Shown here one piece after another: positions 45,093-55,527 of a stretch of DNA of 61,555 nucleotides. The notes under the pieces are model-generated. The model saw nothing but the letters and a program-made list of their open reading frames with translations, was not told the DNA's origin and ran no database searches. Made by a program: the position numbers and the translations under genes. Source of the DNA: a virus (lineage: Duplodnaviria; Caudoviricetes); IMG/VR virus record IMGVR_UViG_3300032246_000804, positions 1-61,555 of that record, one strand, 5' to 3'. The number at the start of each line of letters is the position of its first letter. The stretch's first letter is position 1.

Positions 45093-46459
45093 TGTTTCGT
45101 AATGTAAAAGAATTAACAACCGAAGAACTTGAAAAAGAACTTCAGGCCATAGAATTATTTGAAAAAGAAATTGGTAAAGTCAATGTTGAAAATATGTTGA
45201 ATAAATCAATTGACACATCCTTTCTTGGTCCATTGGAATGCACACTTACTCCCAACGGACAGCTGTTTAGGACCGACCGACAAGGTTTCTTACCAAAGAT
45301 GATGGATGAAATGTATCAAGACCGTAAGAAATTCAAAAAGATGATGTTGAATGCGAAACAGGACTATGAAAATGAGAAAGATGATTCTAAAAAGTATGAG
45401 ATTGAAAAACGAATTGCTAGACTCAATAATCTTCAGCTTGCAAAAAAGGTTTCTCTTAATTCTGCTTATGGTGCTTTAGGTTCTCAATATTTCAGATTCT
45501 ATGACTTGCGTATGGCCTTGGGTGTTACCACTGCCGGTCAATTGTCAATCAAATGGATTGAAAATAAGATTAACGGTTACATGAACAAGTTACTATCATC
45601 AGAAGAAAAAGATTATGTGATTGCATCCGATACAGATTCAATTTATTTGAAACTTGGTCCTTTGGTTAACAAAGTTTATGGTGATGCTGTAAAATCTATG
45701 CCAAAGACAAAGGTGATTGATTTCATGGACCGTGTTTGTAAGGACAAGATTGAGCCATACATCAACGAATCATACAATGAATTGGCTGAGTATGTACATG
45801 CATATGCACAGAAGATGCAAATGAAACGTGAAGCATTGGCTGACAAAGGCATCTGGACTGCCAAGAAGCGTTACATTATGAACGTGTATGACAATGAAGG
45901 TGTTCGTTACAATGAACCTGACTTGAAAGTTATGGGTCTTGAAATGATTAAGTCATCTACTCCTGCGGCAGTTCGTAGCAAGATGAAAGAATCTATTCAG
46001 ATTATGATTTCTGGAACAGAATTGGATATGCATAAGTTTATTGCCGATTTCAGAAAATACTTTACTGGTTTACCGCCTGAAGATATTTCTTTTCCTCGTG
46101 GAATTAATGGCCTAAGTAAGTATTCCGATAGCAATAGTTTATACAAATCTGGAACACCAATTCATGTCAAAGGTGCAATTCTTTACAACCATTACCTCAA
46201 AGAAATGAAGTTGACAAAGAAATATCCTTTGATTCAAGAAGGTGAGAAGATTAAGTTTTCATATTTGATTATGCCGAACCCCTTCAAAGATACCGTTATC
46301 TCTTATCCAACACGGTTGCCAAAAGAATTTGACATTTCAAAATATATCGACTATAATACACAATTCGAAAAGACTTTTCTGGAACCCATTAAAGTTATTT
46401 TAGATTGCATGGGCTGGTCGACCGAGAAACAGACTACACTAGATGACTTTTTTAATTGA
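45092..46459 (+). CDS. gp43: Family B DNA polymerase gp43, C-terminal part (motifs B and C, thumb)
   Basis: QLAKKVSLNSAYGALG, ASDTDSIY, KKRY, GLEMIKSSTP; C-terminal clamp-binding TLDDFF. Confidence 0.95.
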   Translation: MFRNVKELTTEELEKELQAIELFEKEIGKVNVENMLNKSIDTSFLGPLECTLTPNGQLFRTDRQGFLPKMMDEMYQDRKKFKKMMLNAKQDYENEKDDSKKYEIEKRIARLNNLQLAKKVSLNSAYGALGSQYFRFYDLRMALGVTTAGQLSIKWIENKINGYMNKLLSSEEKDYVIASDTDSIYLKLGPLVNKVYGDAVKSMPKTKVIDFMDRVCKDKIEPYINESYNELAEYVHAYAQKMQMKREALADKGIWTAKKRYIMNVYDNEGVRYNEPDLKVMGLEMIKSSTPAAVRSKMKESIQIMISGTELDMHKFIADFRKYFTGLPPEDISFPRGINGLSKYSDSNSLYKSGTPIHVKGAILYNHYLKEMKLTKKYPLIQEGEKIKFSYLIMPNPFKDTVISYPTRLPKEFDISKYIDYNTQFEKTFLEPIKVILDCMGWSTEKQTTLDDFFN

Positions 46460-46467
46460 GGAACATT

Positions 46468-47502
46468 ATGAGTATATTAGACAAAATCAAAAAGAACAGC
46501 AGCATTAAAGATTCTGCAATTCTATCCAAATCAAAATTCTTCACACAGAAGGATATGATTCCAACAGCTGTGCCGATTATCAATGTTGCATTGTCAGGCA
46601 AACTTGATGGAGGCTTAACACCTGGTCTCACAATGTGGGCAGGTCCGTCAAAACACTTCAAGACTGCATTCTCACTGCTAATGGCCAAATCTTACATGGA
46701 CAAATATGAAGATGCAGCACTTCTGTTTTATGATTCTGAGTTTGGTACTCCACAATCTTATTTTGATTCATTTGGAATCGATACAGAACGTGTACTTCAC
46801 ACACCACTTATGGATATTGAACAGTTGAAGTTTGATATTATGAAACAGTTAACCGAATTGGAACGTGGTGAACACCTCATCATTGTTATTGATTCTATTG
46901 GTAATCTTGCTTCAAAGAAAGAAGTAGAAGATGCTTTGAGTGAAAAATCTGTTGCTGATATGTCTAGAGCAAAACAAGTTAAATCTTTGTTTAGAATGGT
47001 TACTCCACATCTATCACTTAAAGATATTCCAATGATTGTAGTGAATCACACTTACAAAGAAATTGGTATGTTTCCTAAAGATATTGTTGGCGGTGGTACA
47101 GGTTCTTATTATTCAGCTGATAACATTTTTATCCTTGGCCGCCAACAAGAAAAAGAAGGCACCGAGATTGTCGGTTACAATTTTATTATCAATGTAGAAA
47201 AATCTCGTTATGTTAAAGAAAAATCTAAAATTCCTGTCACTGTATCTTTTGACGGTGGTATTAGCAAGTGGTCTGGCTTACTTGACATTGCCGTTGAATC
47301 TAAACACGTAGTAAAACCTAGCAATGGTTGGTATTCAAAAGTCAATCCTGAAACTGGTGAAGTTGAAGATAAAAAATATCGTATTAAAGATACAGATACG
47401 AAAGATTTTTGGACTTCTATTTTGGCTGATCCAACTTTCTTAAAATATGTTGAAGAAAAATATAGTGTTACCTCTGGCAACATTATGCAAGAGTCAGAAT
47501 GA
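46468..47502 (+). CDS. uvsX: RecA-like recombinase UvsX
   Basis: AGPSKHFKT, YDSEFG, DSIGNLASKKE, VGGGTG. Confidence 0.96.
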   Translation: MSILDKIKKNSSIKDSAILSKSKFFTQKDMIPTAVPIINVALSGKLDGGLTPGLTMWAGPSKHFKTAFSLLMAKSYMDKYEDAALLFYDSEFGTPQSYFDSFGIDTERVLHTPLMDIEQLKFDIMKQLTELERGEHLIIVIDSIGNLASKKEVEDALSEKSVADMSRAKQVKSLFRMVTPHLSLKDIPMIVVNHTYKEIGMFPKDIVGGGTGSYYSADNIFILGRQQEKEGTEIVGYNFIINVEKSRYVKEKSKIPVTVSFDGGISKWSGLLDIAVESKHVVKPSNGWYSKVNPETGEVEDKKYRIKDTDTKDFWTSILADPTFLKYVEEKYSVTSGNIMQESE

Positions 47503-47834
47503 TTGAAGGTATAGACTACTGTTTCATTTATCCTAAAGACGATAAAGAAACCGCACATATCAAAATTTTGGTGGGAAAGTACAAAGATACCTTATACAAA
47601 TATGGTAGGGTATCTTTTAAAGAGTATGCCGATGGGCCCCATTTACTTTTTGCTTATTATGTGTTAGAATGTCCTGTAATGAAGCCGAAGCTTTTAGAAA
47701 AAGATTCGGATTTTAAACAATATGCAGGCGATTTGTTGGTAGAACTAATGTCTGCCAATATAGATGAGGAAATAATTGATGAAACTGGAACAGACGATAC
47801 TGAAGCACCTGATTTACTCGGACGAATTTCTTAG
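47499..47834 (+). CDS. Hypothetical protein at the position of T4 gp40
   Basis: Between uvsX and gp41; GKYKDTLYKYGRV. Confidence 0.6.
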   Translation: MIEGIDYCFIYPKDDKETAHIKILVGKYKDTLYKYGRVSFKEYADGPHLLFAYYVLECPVMKPKLLEKDSDFKQYAGDLLVELMSANIDEEIIDETGTDDTEAPDLLGRIS

Positions 47835-49170
47835 AAAAGTTCTTCCGTTTCTAAAAGAAGAATACTTTTCAGATAGAACAGAGAAAGCAATTTTTAATGA
47901 AATTACATCATTCACTAATACTTACAATACAACACCTTCACTTGAAGCAATTGTATTGGCCGTCAAAGAAAGGCGTGATATTACGGATGTTGAAGTTGAG
48001 AAATCAGAAACTTATCTTAAAGAGGTTGAACAATCTAAGTCAGAAATATCCCAGATTCAATGGCTTGTTGACAAGACCGAAAAATTCTGCCAAGAGAAAG
48101 CAATATACAATGCAGTATTGGGGTCTATTTCTATACTCGATGGGAAAGATAAGACCAACGATAAAGGTCAAATTCCCAAGATACTATCGGACGCCTTGGG
48201 AGTAAGTTTTGATACATCTGTTGGACACGATTATTTGGAGAATGCCGATGAGCGATATGAATTCTATCACAGAAAAGAAGAACGAATCCCATTTGACCTT
48301 GACTACTTCAACAAAATCACCAAGGGCGGCCTTCCTGCCAAAACACTTAATATCGCCTTGGCTGGTACTGGTGTTGGTAAGTCCCTTTTTATGTGTCATG
48401 TTGCTGCTGGTGCTATGTCTCAGGGTCGTAATGTATTGTATATTACAATGGAAATGGCTGAAGAAAAAATAGCAGAACGTATTGATGCAAATTTGTTGAA
48501 TGTTTCGTTAGATGATTTGACAGATTTGTCCAAAGAAATGTATGATAAGAAAGTTGCTAAAGTTAAATCTAAAACAACCGGTAAACTTATCATCAAAGAG
48601 TATCCAACTGCATCAGCCTCTGCAACACATTTTAGAACACTATTGAATGAACTCTATCTTAAAAAGTCTTTTAGGCCTGACATTATTTTTATTGATTATC
48701 TTAATATTTGTTGTTCCGCTAGAATCAAACCAGGAGCAAATATTAATTCCTATACCTATGTCAAGTCAATCGCTGAAGAACTGCGAGGTCTTGCAGTTGA
48801 ATTCGGAGTACCAGTTGTATCTGCGACACAAACAACAAGAAGTGGATTTACTTCTTCCGACCCAGGACTCGAAGATACAAGTGAATCTTTTGGTTTGCCA
48901 GCGACAGCTGATTTGATGTTTGCTTTGATTACATCCGAAGAATTGGAAGAACTAGGCCAAATTATGGTCAAGCAATTGAAGAACAGATATAACGATCCTA
49001 CATATTACAAACGATTCACTGTCGGTGTTGATAGGAGTAAGATGAGATTATATGATGTTGAACAATCTGGACAAGATGGACTGGCAGATTCTGGCCACGA
49101 TAAACCATTGAATACTTTTGGTGACAGAGAACAGAAATCTAAAAAATCATTTGATGGTTTTAAAATATGA
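47779..49170 (+). CDS. gp41: Replicative helicase gp41 (DnaB-like)
   Basis: LAGTGVGKS, IIKEYPT, IDYLNIC, SATQTTR, SESFGLPATAD, KQLKNRY. Confidence 0.97.
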   Translation: MKLEQTILKHLIYSDEFLRKVLPFLKEEYFSDRTEKAIFNEITSFTNTYNTTPSLEAIVLAVKERRDITDVEVEKSETYLKEVEQSKSEISQIQWLVDKTEKFCQEKAIYNAVLGSISILDGKDKTNDKGQIPKILSDALGVSFDTSVGHDYLENADERYEFYHRKEERIPFDLDYFNKITKGGLPAKTLNIALAGTGVGKSLFMCHVAAGAMSQGRNVLYITMEMAEEKIAERIDANLLNVSLDDLTDLSKEMYDKKVAKVKSKTTGKLIIKEYPTASASATHFRTLLNELYLKKSFRPDIIFIDYLNICCSARIKPGANINSYTYVKSIAEELRGLAVEFGVPVVSATQTTRSGFTSSDPGLEDTSESFGLPATADLMFALITSEELEELGQIMVKQLKNRYNDPTYYKRFTVGVDRSKMRLYDVEQSGQDGLADSGHDKPLNTFGDREQKSKKSFDGFKI

Positions 49171-50273
49171 TGTTGACTAAAGAAGATGCACTTCATTGTG
49201 CCAAAGTTTTTGAAGATTACTTTGGTAACTTTGAACGCATCGATGATTACATGCGTGACCAGAAGTTGGCTTCGTTGTCTGAAATGACAACAAATCCATT
49301 ATTTCCTGTTGAAGAAGATTTGTTCTCTGACTTTTCTATGCATCCACAAGACATGGAAATTGATGTTATTGAATGTAACACCAATACGTGGGAAACTCTA
49401 CTGAACATAACATCTTCACACATCAATATTTCACCTGTTGGTCGCCAAATTCGTTTAGGTGTCAAAGAAAAAAAGACAAATAAGTTTCTAGGTTTTATTC
49501 GTATTGGTTCTCCTGTTATCAACTGTAAACCACGTAATGAAATGCTTGGTCAAGTCTTTACACAGAAACCAGAAACGGCCAAAGCATTTAACAAAACAAC
49601 AATGATGGGTTTTGTTATTGTGCCAGCGCAACCTTTTGGTTTCAATTACTTGGGTGGAAAGTTACTTGCAGGTATCTGTTGTTCACACCAAGTCAGGAAA
49701 ATGATTAACAAGAAATATGATATGAACTTGTGCATGTTTGAAACCACAAGTCTCTACGGTTCATCCAAGTCATCCTCTCAGTATGATGGAATGAAGCCAT
49801 ACATAAGACACAAAGGTGAAACTGAAAGTGATTTTCTTCCAATGATGCACGGCAAACCTTATGAAGATTTACGTAATTTTGTTGAGTCTAGGGTTGGTAA
49901 AATTGTCGAAGATGATATATCAAGCAAGAAGTTAAAAACAAGTATGAGAATTATAGCTTTAACAAAAGCAGGATTAAAAGGCACAGAAGAAATTAAAAGA
50001 TTTAATGAAGTAATTGAGAATGCAAAAAATTTAACTGAACAAAAGAGATACTACATATCTAACTACGGTTTCAAAAACTTTATTGATGTTGTAAATGGAA
50101 AAACTGATGTATTGATTAAAGATGAGAACTATGATAAGTTTGAACTTAAAAACATTATTTCATGGTGGAAAAACAAAGCAACAAATCGTTATGAAACACT
50201 CTGCAAAGAAAATAGATTACGAACAGAACTTGAAGTATGGACTTCAGGAAAAGATATTGATATTATGAGGTGA
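49167..50273 (+). CDS. DUF4338/DruA-like protein (paralog 2)
   Basis: GRQIRLGV...KFLGFI...VPAQPFGFNYLGGKLLA...ETTSLYG...SQYDGM; shares motifs with 28902-30173. Confidence 0.65.
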   Translation: MMLTKEDALHCAKVFEDYFGNFERIDDYMRDQKLASLSEMTTNPLFPVEEDLFSDFSMHPQDMEIDVIECNTNTWETLLNITSSHINISPVGRQIRLGVKEKKTNKFLGFIRIGSPVINCKPRNEMLGQVFTQKPETAKAFNKTTMMGFVIVPAQPFGFNYLGGKLLAGICCSHQVRKMINKKYDMNLCMFETTSLYGSSKSSSQYDGMKPYIRHKGETESDFLPMMHGKPYEDLRNFVESRVGKIVEDDISSKKLKTSMRIIALTKAGLKGTEEIKRFNEVIENAKNLTEQKRYYISNYGFKNFIDVVNGKTDVLIKDENYDKFELKNIISWWKNKATNRYETLCKENRLRTELEVWTSGKDIDIMR

Positions 50274-50276
50274 TGT

Positions 50277-50984
50277 ATGACAGCAACAGTGATTATACCA
50301 ACAACAGGCGCACCTGAACTCCGCAAAGCTCTTGAAAGTGTTTTAACTCAAAAATACAACACACAATGTTATGTTGTCTGTGATGGTGAACAATATGAGG
50401 GCAAAGTTAAAGTTATTACTGATGAATTTCGTGGTAATCAAAATTTAAAAATAACAACATTACCAATCAATGTTGGTGCCAATGGTTTTTACGGTCACCG
50501 AATCTATGCAGCTTTCACACACTTAATCAACACAGACTATGTACTTTATCTCGACCAGGATTGTTGGTTTGAACCTAATCATGTACTGTCTTGTATAGAA
50601 AAGATTGAAAAAGATAAACTTGACTGGTCTTATTCTTTAAGACTAATCACAGACAAAAATGGTAACTACATATGTGAAGATAATTGTGAATCTTTAGGTA
50701 AATGGCAAACTTATCATGGAATCAATCATATAGATACTAATAACTATTGCATTCCTACTAAAACTGCGATAAGATTATCTTCTGTTTGGCATGGCGGATG
50801 GGGACAAGATAGAGTATGGTTTCAAACATTGGCAACATACTTTAAAAACTTTGATTGCACTGGTGAATATACAGTCAATTATCGCGTAGATGGTAATGCT
50901 GGTTCCGTAAATGCCGATTTCTTTAAGAATGGTAATAAGATAATGTATGAGAAATACAAAGGTGTTTTTCCTTGGAAAAAATGA
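50277..50984 (+). CDS. GT2-family glycosyltransferase
   Basis: VIIPTTG, ALESVLTQ, VVCDG, YLDQD. Confidence 0.85.
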   Translation: MTATVIIPTTGAPELRKALESVLTQKYNTQCYVVCDGEQYEGKVKVITDEFRGNQNLKITTLPINVGANGFYGHRIYAAFTHLINTDYVLYLDQDCWFEPNHVLSCIEKIEKDKLDWSYSLRLITDKNGNYICEDNCESLGKWQTYHGINHIDTNNYCIPTKTAIRLSSVWHGGWGQDRVWFQTLATYFKNFDCTGEYTVNYRVDGNAGSVNADFFKNGNKIMYEKYKGVFPWKK

Positions 50985-50994
50985 TAGGAGTATT

Positions 50995-51843
50995 ATGAAA
51001 AATTTGATTATAGGTGGATGCACAAACTATGGAATTGACCAACTAAAACCTTGGGTGCTTTCAGTTAATGAAACAATGCCTGATGCAGATAAAGTAATGT
51101 GTGTTGGTAATGCATCCGATGAAACTAGGAAATGGCTTGTTGATAATAATTTTAAATTGATTAACATACCACAAATGAATGTTCCTGTTCATGTATTAAG
51201 ATTCTTATCGATTTATGAATATCTAAGAGAACATTGGCAAGAGTATGTATATGTTGTTACAACTGATGTGAAAGATGTTTATTTCCAAAAAAATCCATTT
51301 GCAATGTTGGAAAGAAAGATACATTATAAATTAATTGCTGGATCGGAAGGTATGTTATACAAAGACGAACCTTGGGGTAATGATAACCTAATGCAAGCTT
51401 ATGGACCTTATGTACATGATTTGAATAAAAACAACAAAATCTATAATGTTGGAACGATAGGTGGTTCTTCAGAATATGTTAAGGACTTAGTATTCAATAT
51501 ATTTACAAATGCAATACACAGACCTATTGCTATTTGTGACCAAGCAGTATATAATGTTCTGATACAAACTCAACCATATAAAGATTGTACATTTTTTGCT
51601 GACCAAAGTGATGCATGGGCATGCCAAGCTGGAACAACAGTTGATCCATCAAAAATTGCCAGTTTTAGACCTTTTCTTACCGAGAAAGAACCAATATTTG
51701 AAAATGGTTTAGTTAAGACATGTGATGGTGTTACTTTTAGTATTGTACACCAATATGATAGAGTTCCTCAATGGAAGAAGTTTGTACAAGGAAAGTATGG
51801 ACAAAATGATGAAACAGAATTTTTTACTTATAGGACAACATAA
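50995..51843 (+). CDS. Glycosyltransferase-like protein
   Basis: TTDVKDVYFQKNPF, NVGTIGG, DQAVYN, IVHQYDR. Confidence 0.6.
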   Translation: MKNLIIGGCTNYGIDQLKPWVLSVNETMPDADKVMCVGNASDETRKWLVDNNFKLINIPQMNVPVHVLRFLSIYEYLREHWQEYVYVVTTDVKDVYFQKNPFAMLERKIHYKLIAGSEGMLYKDEPWGNDNLMQAYGPYVHDLNKNNKIYNVGTIGGSSEYVKDLVFNIFTNAIHRPIAICDQAVYNVLIQTQPYKDCTFFADQSDAWACQAGTTVDPSKIASFRPFLTEKEPIFENGLVKTCDGVTFSIVHQYDRVPQWKKFVQGKYGQNDETEFFTYRTT

Positions 51844-52412
51844 TGAGCGATACAATTACTTTTAATACTGAAACACAAGCTTTTGGAATGCAACAACCAG
51901 TATTCAAATGTTCTGGTTTTGGATTAGGAAATCTAATCAAAGATATGGTAGATGCAAAAGGTCTTGAGATTGGTTGCGATATTGGCGATACTTCTAATTT
52001 TTTACTAGATGTTAATCCAACATTACATTTAACCTCTATTGATCCATATGTTAACTATGTTGATTGGAATGGTAATCCATTAAATGAACGTGAAGAAATT
52101 TTCAATAGGGCAATGAATAGATTGGCAGGTTACAGTAATCGTTTCGACCTTGTTCGTCAATATTCTGATGAATCTGTTACTCTATTTGATGATGAACAAT
52201 TTGATTTCATCTTTATTGATGGCCTACATACTTACGACCAGTTAAGCAAAGATTGTGATAACTATTATTCCAAATTAAAAACTGGCGGTATCTTTGCAGG
52301 ACATGATTATACTGCAATCGAAGGTGTGAATCGTGCCTGTAAAGAGTTTGCTGAAAAAATGGGCAAACAAATTTTAACAACAGAATGTGATGTATGGTAT
52401 TGGTATAAATGA
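51843..52412 (+). CDS. Class I SAM-dependent methyltransferase (Methyltransf_24-like)
   Basis: GLEIGCDIG, IDPY, FDFIFIDGLHTY, GGIFAGHDY. Confidence 0.88.
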   Translation: MSDTITFNTETQAFGMQQPVFKCSGFGLGNLIKDMVDAKGLEIGCDIGDTSNFLLDVNPTLHLTSIDPYVNYVDWNGNPLNEREEIFNRAMNRLAGYSNRFDLVRQYSDESVTLFDDEQFDFIFIDGLHTYDQLSKDCDNYYSKLKTGGIFAGHDYTAIEGVNRACKEFAEKMGKQILTTECDVWYWYK

Positions 52413-53098
52413 AAAATTGTATAGTATTGTCTGGTCAATATAGGACCTTTGCGAAAACGAAAACTAACATCAAAAATTTTATTGATGTTAACGAAATGGA
52501 TGTATTCTGCCACCTATGGTCAACCGACCCGGCAGAGTATGTTGACATTGTTGATACTTTAAAACCAAAATCAATCATCGTAGAGGACTGGACAAAATAT
52601 GAAGATGAATTTCTTCTTATAGAAGAAAGAGCAAAAGTTGCTAATCCAAAACCAATGACAATCGATAGCATTTCCAAAAATGCATCAATGAACTATAGCC
52701 GTAAGATTGCTTTTGAATCTGTTATTGGTGAATATGATACTTTAACTTATTGTCGGTATGATATTGGTTTTAGTTACATTTTTAAATTTGATAAAGTTGA
52801 TAGAGTGTTAACACCTGAAGCCGAATCGTACAATTTGATTTCTGACATCTTTGCAATAATGCCTTTTGGAGATGCTAAAGGTTATTTCTTATATGATAAT
52901 TATGAAAAGATACATTCAACACAGTTTGATTCAGATTTTGAGAATTGGTTAAAAATGGTTAAAGAATATCCAGAAAAAGATATTATAACACATAAAGAAC
53001 AAAGATATTGTCCACACATGACACTATTGAGAAACTTACACAATAATGGTGTTAAGTATAATACAATGGCAAACTTACCAGTGTTTTTACAAAGATGA
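52409..53098 (+). CDS. Putative glycosyltransferase-like protein
   Basis: IVLSGQYR, DVFCHLW, CRYD; paralogous to the next gene. Confidence 0.55.
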   Translation: MKNCIVLSGQYRTFAKTKTNIKNFIDVNEMDVFCHLWSTDPAEYVDIVDTLKPKSIIVEDWTKYEDEFLLIEERAKVANPKPMTIDSISKNASMNYSRKIAFESVIGEYDTLTYCRYDIGFSYIFKFDKVDRVLTPEAESYNLISDIFAIMPFGDAKGYFLYDNYEKIHSTQFDSDFENWLKMVKEYPEKDIITHKEQRYCPHMTLLRNLHNNGVKYNTMANLPVFLQR

Positions 53099-53784
53099 AA
53101 ATAGCATTATGTTTTTCTGGCCAAGCACGTTCAGTGAAATCTGGTTATGAGTATTATAAAAAGAATCTACTAAACAGATGTGATGTTGATGTTTATTTCC
53201 ATACTTGGGACTGTGATGACGTAAAAGATTTGCGGAATTTGTATCAACCTGTACACTATCTTTATGAAAAATCATTTGATAATGGTGCAGATGCAAAATA
53301 TACAAAAACACCTAATGCTCAAAAATATCCTCCAAGATTCACATACAATATGTTTTATTCTATGTCGAAAGTTAATCAGTTATTGAAAAACACTGATAGA
53401 CATTATGATTGGGTAATTCGTAGTAGAACAGACTATGCATTGAATGTGCAAATACCTTTTGAAGAATTAGACAATACTAAATTATACATTCCAAATTGCA
53501 GAATGGTTCCTGAAAGAGATTTTGGAAATGACCAGTTTGCATTTGGTTCACTCAACACAATGTTGAAATATATGTCAACCTTTGATAATATAGATAAGTA
53601 TTATGATGCAGGTGCTCAATTTATTGGTGAAGATTTGATGCAAGCTAACTTACATGAATATGACTTGCGTGGAGAAAATCTTGTCTATGTTAATATGAAT
53701 AATCCTTTTCCACCAGGACTACACAATGGAACTTGGCATTCTCTAATTCGTGATGATTATGACAAGTGGACCAAAACTAATTAA
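53095..53784 (+). CDS. Putative glycosyltransferase-like protein
   Basis: KIALCFSGQAR, DVYFHTW, YDWVIRSRTD, NDQFAFG. Confidence 0.6.
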   Translation: MKIALCFSGQARSVKSGYEYYKKNLLNRCDVDVYFHTWDCDDVKDLRNLYQPVHYLYEKSFDNGADAKYTKTPNAQKYPPRFTYNMFYSMSKVNQLLKNTDRHYDWVIRSRTDYALNVQIPFEELDNTKLYIPNCRMVPERDFGNDQFAFGSLNTMLKYMSTFDNIDKYYDAGAQFIGEDLMQANLHEYDLRGENLVYVNMNNPFPPGLHNGTWHSLIRDDYDKWTKTN

Positions 53785-54511
53785 AGAACTTTCAGGACAT
53801 TCAGGCAGTAAAATATATCTCATGGAAGATGATACTGGCCTATTTGTTCGTAAAGTTGGAAACACAAACAGAAATTTTGAAAGATTGAAAACTCTTGATG
53901 AGTTTCTGCGTGTTCCTAAGATTTACAATTATCATTCAGATATACTCGACATGGAGTATATACATGGATTAGACATAAAAACATATTTGTTATCCAACAA
54001 CACAAAATCATTAGAGAAGTTTTTACTCAAGACAATAAACACACTGAAAGCTTTCAGTTATGGTTCTTTTGATTTTACTGAAGTGTACAATAAAAAACTT
54101 TCTTGGATAGATTCTGCAACAGATTTACCTTTCACGAAAGAAGAATTGATTGACAGACTTCCTAAGATTCTTCCTAAAACTTTATATCACGGCGATTTAA
54201 CATTAGAGAACATCATATATTCAGAAGATGGTTTTTATACAATAGACCCTGTAACAATTGAATATGAATCTTATGTGTTCGATATTGCCAAATTGAGACA
54301 GGATTTAGAGTGCCGTTGGTTTCTGAGGAAAGAAAAGATTAGACTAGGTGCAAAGTTAAAAGATTTACAAAACAAAATCCTTGAACTTTATCCTGAATCC
54401 AATGATGACAACCTACTGATATTGATGTTGTTGAGGGTGTACCTACATACAGAAAAGAATGATTTAAATTATGAATTCATTATGAAAGAGATTAATAGAT
54501 TATGGAAATAA
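53750..54511 (+). CDS. APH/choline-kinase-like phosphotransferase
   Basis: GHSGS, MEYIHG, HGDLTLENII, IDP, DIAKLRQD. Confidence 0.8.
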   Translation: MMIMTSGPKLIKELSGHSGSKIYLMEDDTGLFVRKVGNTNRNFERLKTLDEFLRVPKIYNYHSDILDMEYIHGLDIKTYLLSNNTKSLEKFLLKTINTLKAFSYGSFDFTEVYNKKLSWIDSATDLPFTKEELIDRLPKILPKTLYHGDLTLENIIYSEDGFYTIDPVTIEYESYVFDIAKLRQDLECRWFLRKEKIRLGAKLKDLQNKILELYPESNDDNLLILMLLRVYLHTEKNDLNYEFIMKEINRLWK

Positions 54512-55527
54512 TTGTACCTGCTGCTGGTCTTTCTAGTAGATTTCCTGGAATGAAACCAAAATATCTTCTATATGATTATAATCATAGGTTGATGTTACAA
54601 TCGGCATTAGAACCTTATTCAGAATACAATATCACAATTGGTATTTTAAAGGATCATGATATTGCACACCATGCTTCAGACTTCATTAAACATGAATTTG
54701 GTGACCGCATAAAAATTGTAGTCTTAGATGAAGTTACTAATGGACCTGCTGATACTGTTTATCAAATTTTGAAACGTGCAAACATTCCAGACACCGAAGA
54801 ATTCTTAATTAAAGACTGTGATAGTTTCTTTGAACATGAGATAACCAAAGGTAATTATGTTTGCGTTTCTGATATTTCAGAACATGAAGTTTTGAATAAA
54901 CTTGGTTCTAAGAGTTTTATCACTTCTAATGAACAAGGCATTATTACCAATATTATTGAAAAGAAAGTTGTTTCTAATAAGTTTTGTGTTGGTGGTTATA
55001 AGTTTGATTCTGTCGGCCACTACAAAACAACATTTGAATCCATTTCATCAGAAAAAGAAATATTTGTTTCCGATGTCATCTCCATGATGTTGCAAAGCAA
55101 TATAGTATTTACTGAAAAACTAGTAACTGATTATGTTGATGTTGGGACTGCACAAGAATGGTTCAAGTATAATGATAAACCAGTAATCTTCTGTGATATT
55201 GATGGAACTATCGTCAAAGCACAATCTAGAGTTGGTGTTAACACATATGCTGATGAACCTATTCCATTGGAAAAGAATGTCAAAAGATTATTACAACTCC
55301 AAGAAGATGGTGCTCAATTTGTTTTTACGACAGCAAGAAAGTATGAATATGTGAGACAAACAAGACATATGTTACATAAGTTGGGATTTTTAGAATACAT
55401 TCTAATCATGGAACTACAGAACTCTAAACGTATATTGATAAATGACTTTAATAGATCAAATCCTTTTCCAAGGGCTGAAGCAATCAATCTCGAACGGAAT
55501 AGTGACACACTAGATTTTTACATATGA
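54502..55527 (+). CDS. Sugar-nucleotidyltransferase fused to a HAD-family phosphatase
   Basis: IIVPAAGLSSRF...PK, DCD, DVGT; then FCDIDGT, FTTAR, LIND. Confidence 0.8.
   Translation: MEIIVPAAGLSSRFPGMKPKYLLYDYNHRLMLQSALEPYSEYNITIGILKDHDIAHHASDFIKHEFGDRIKIVVLDEVTNGPADTVYQILKRANIPDTEEFLIKDCDSFFEHEITKGNYVCVSDISEHEVLNKLGSKSFITSNEQGIITNIIEKKVVSNKFCVGGYKFDSVGHYKTTFESISSEKEIFVSDVISMMLQSNIVFTEKLVTDYVDVGTAQEWFKYNDKPVIFCDIDGTIVKAQSRVGVNTYADEPIPLEKNVKRLLQLQEDGAQFVFTTARKYEYVRQTRHMLHKLGFLEYILIMELQNSKRILINDFNRSNPFPRAEAINLERNSDTLDFYI

Noticed and set aside
44400-45200. Group I intron or split intein explaining the gp43 interruption
   Set aside because: Only 29 nt of non-coding sequence, too little for a ribozyme core unless it is hidden in coding sequence; no intein N-terminal block or HN-C/S/T junction is seen.
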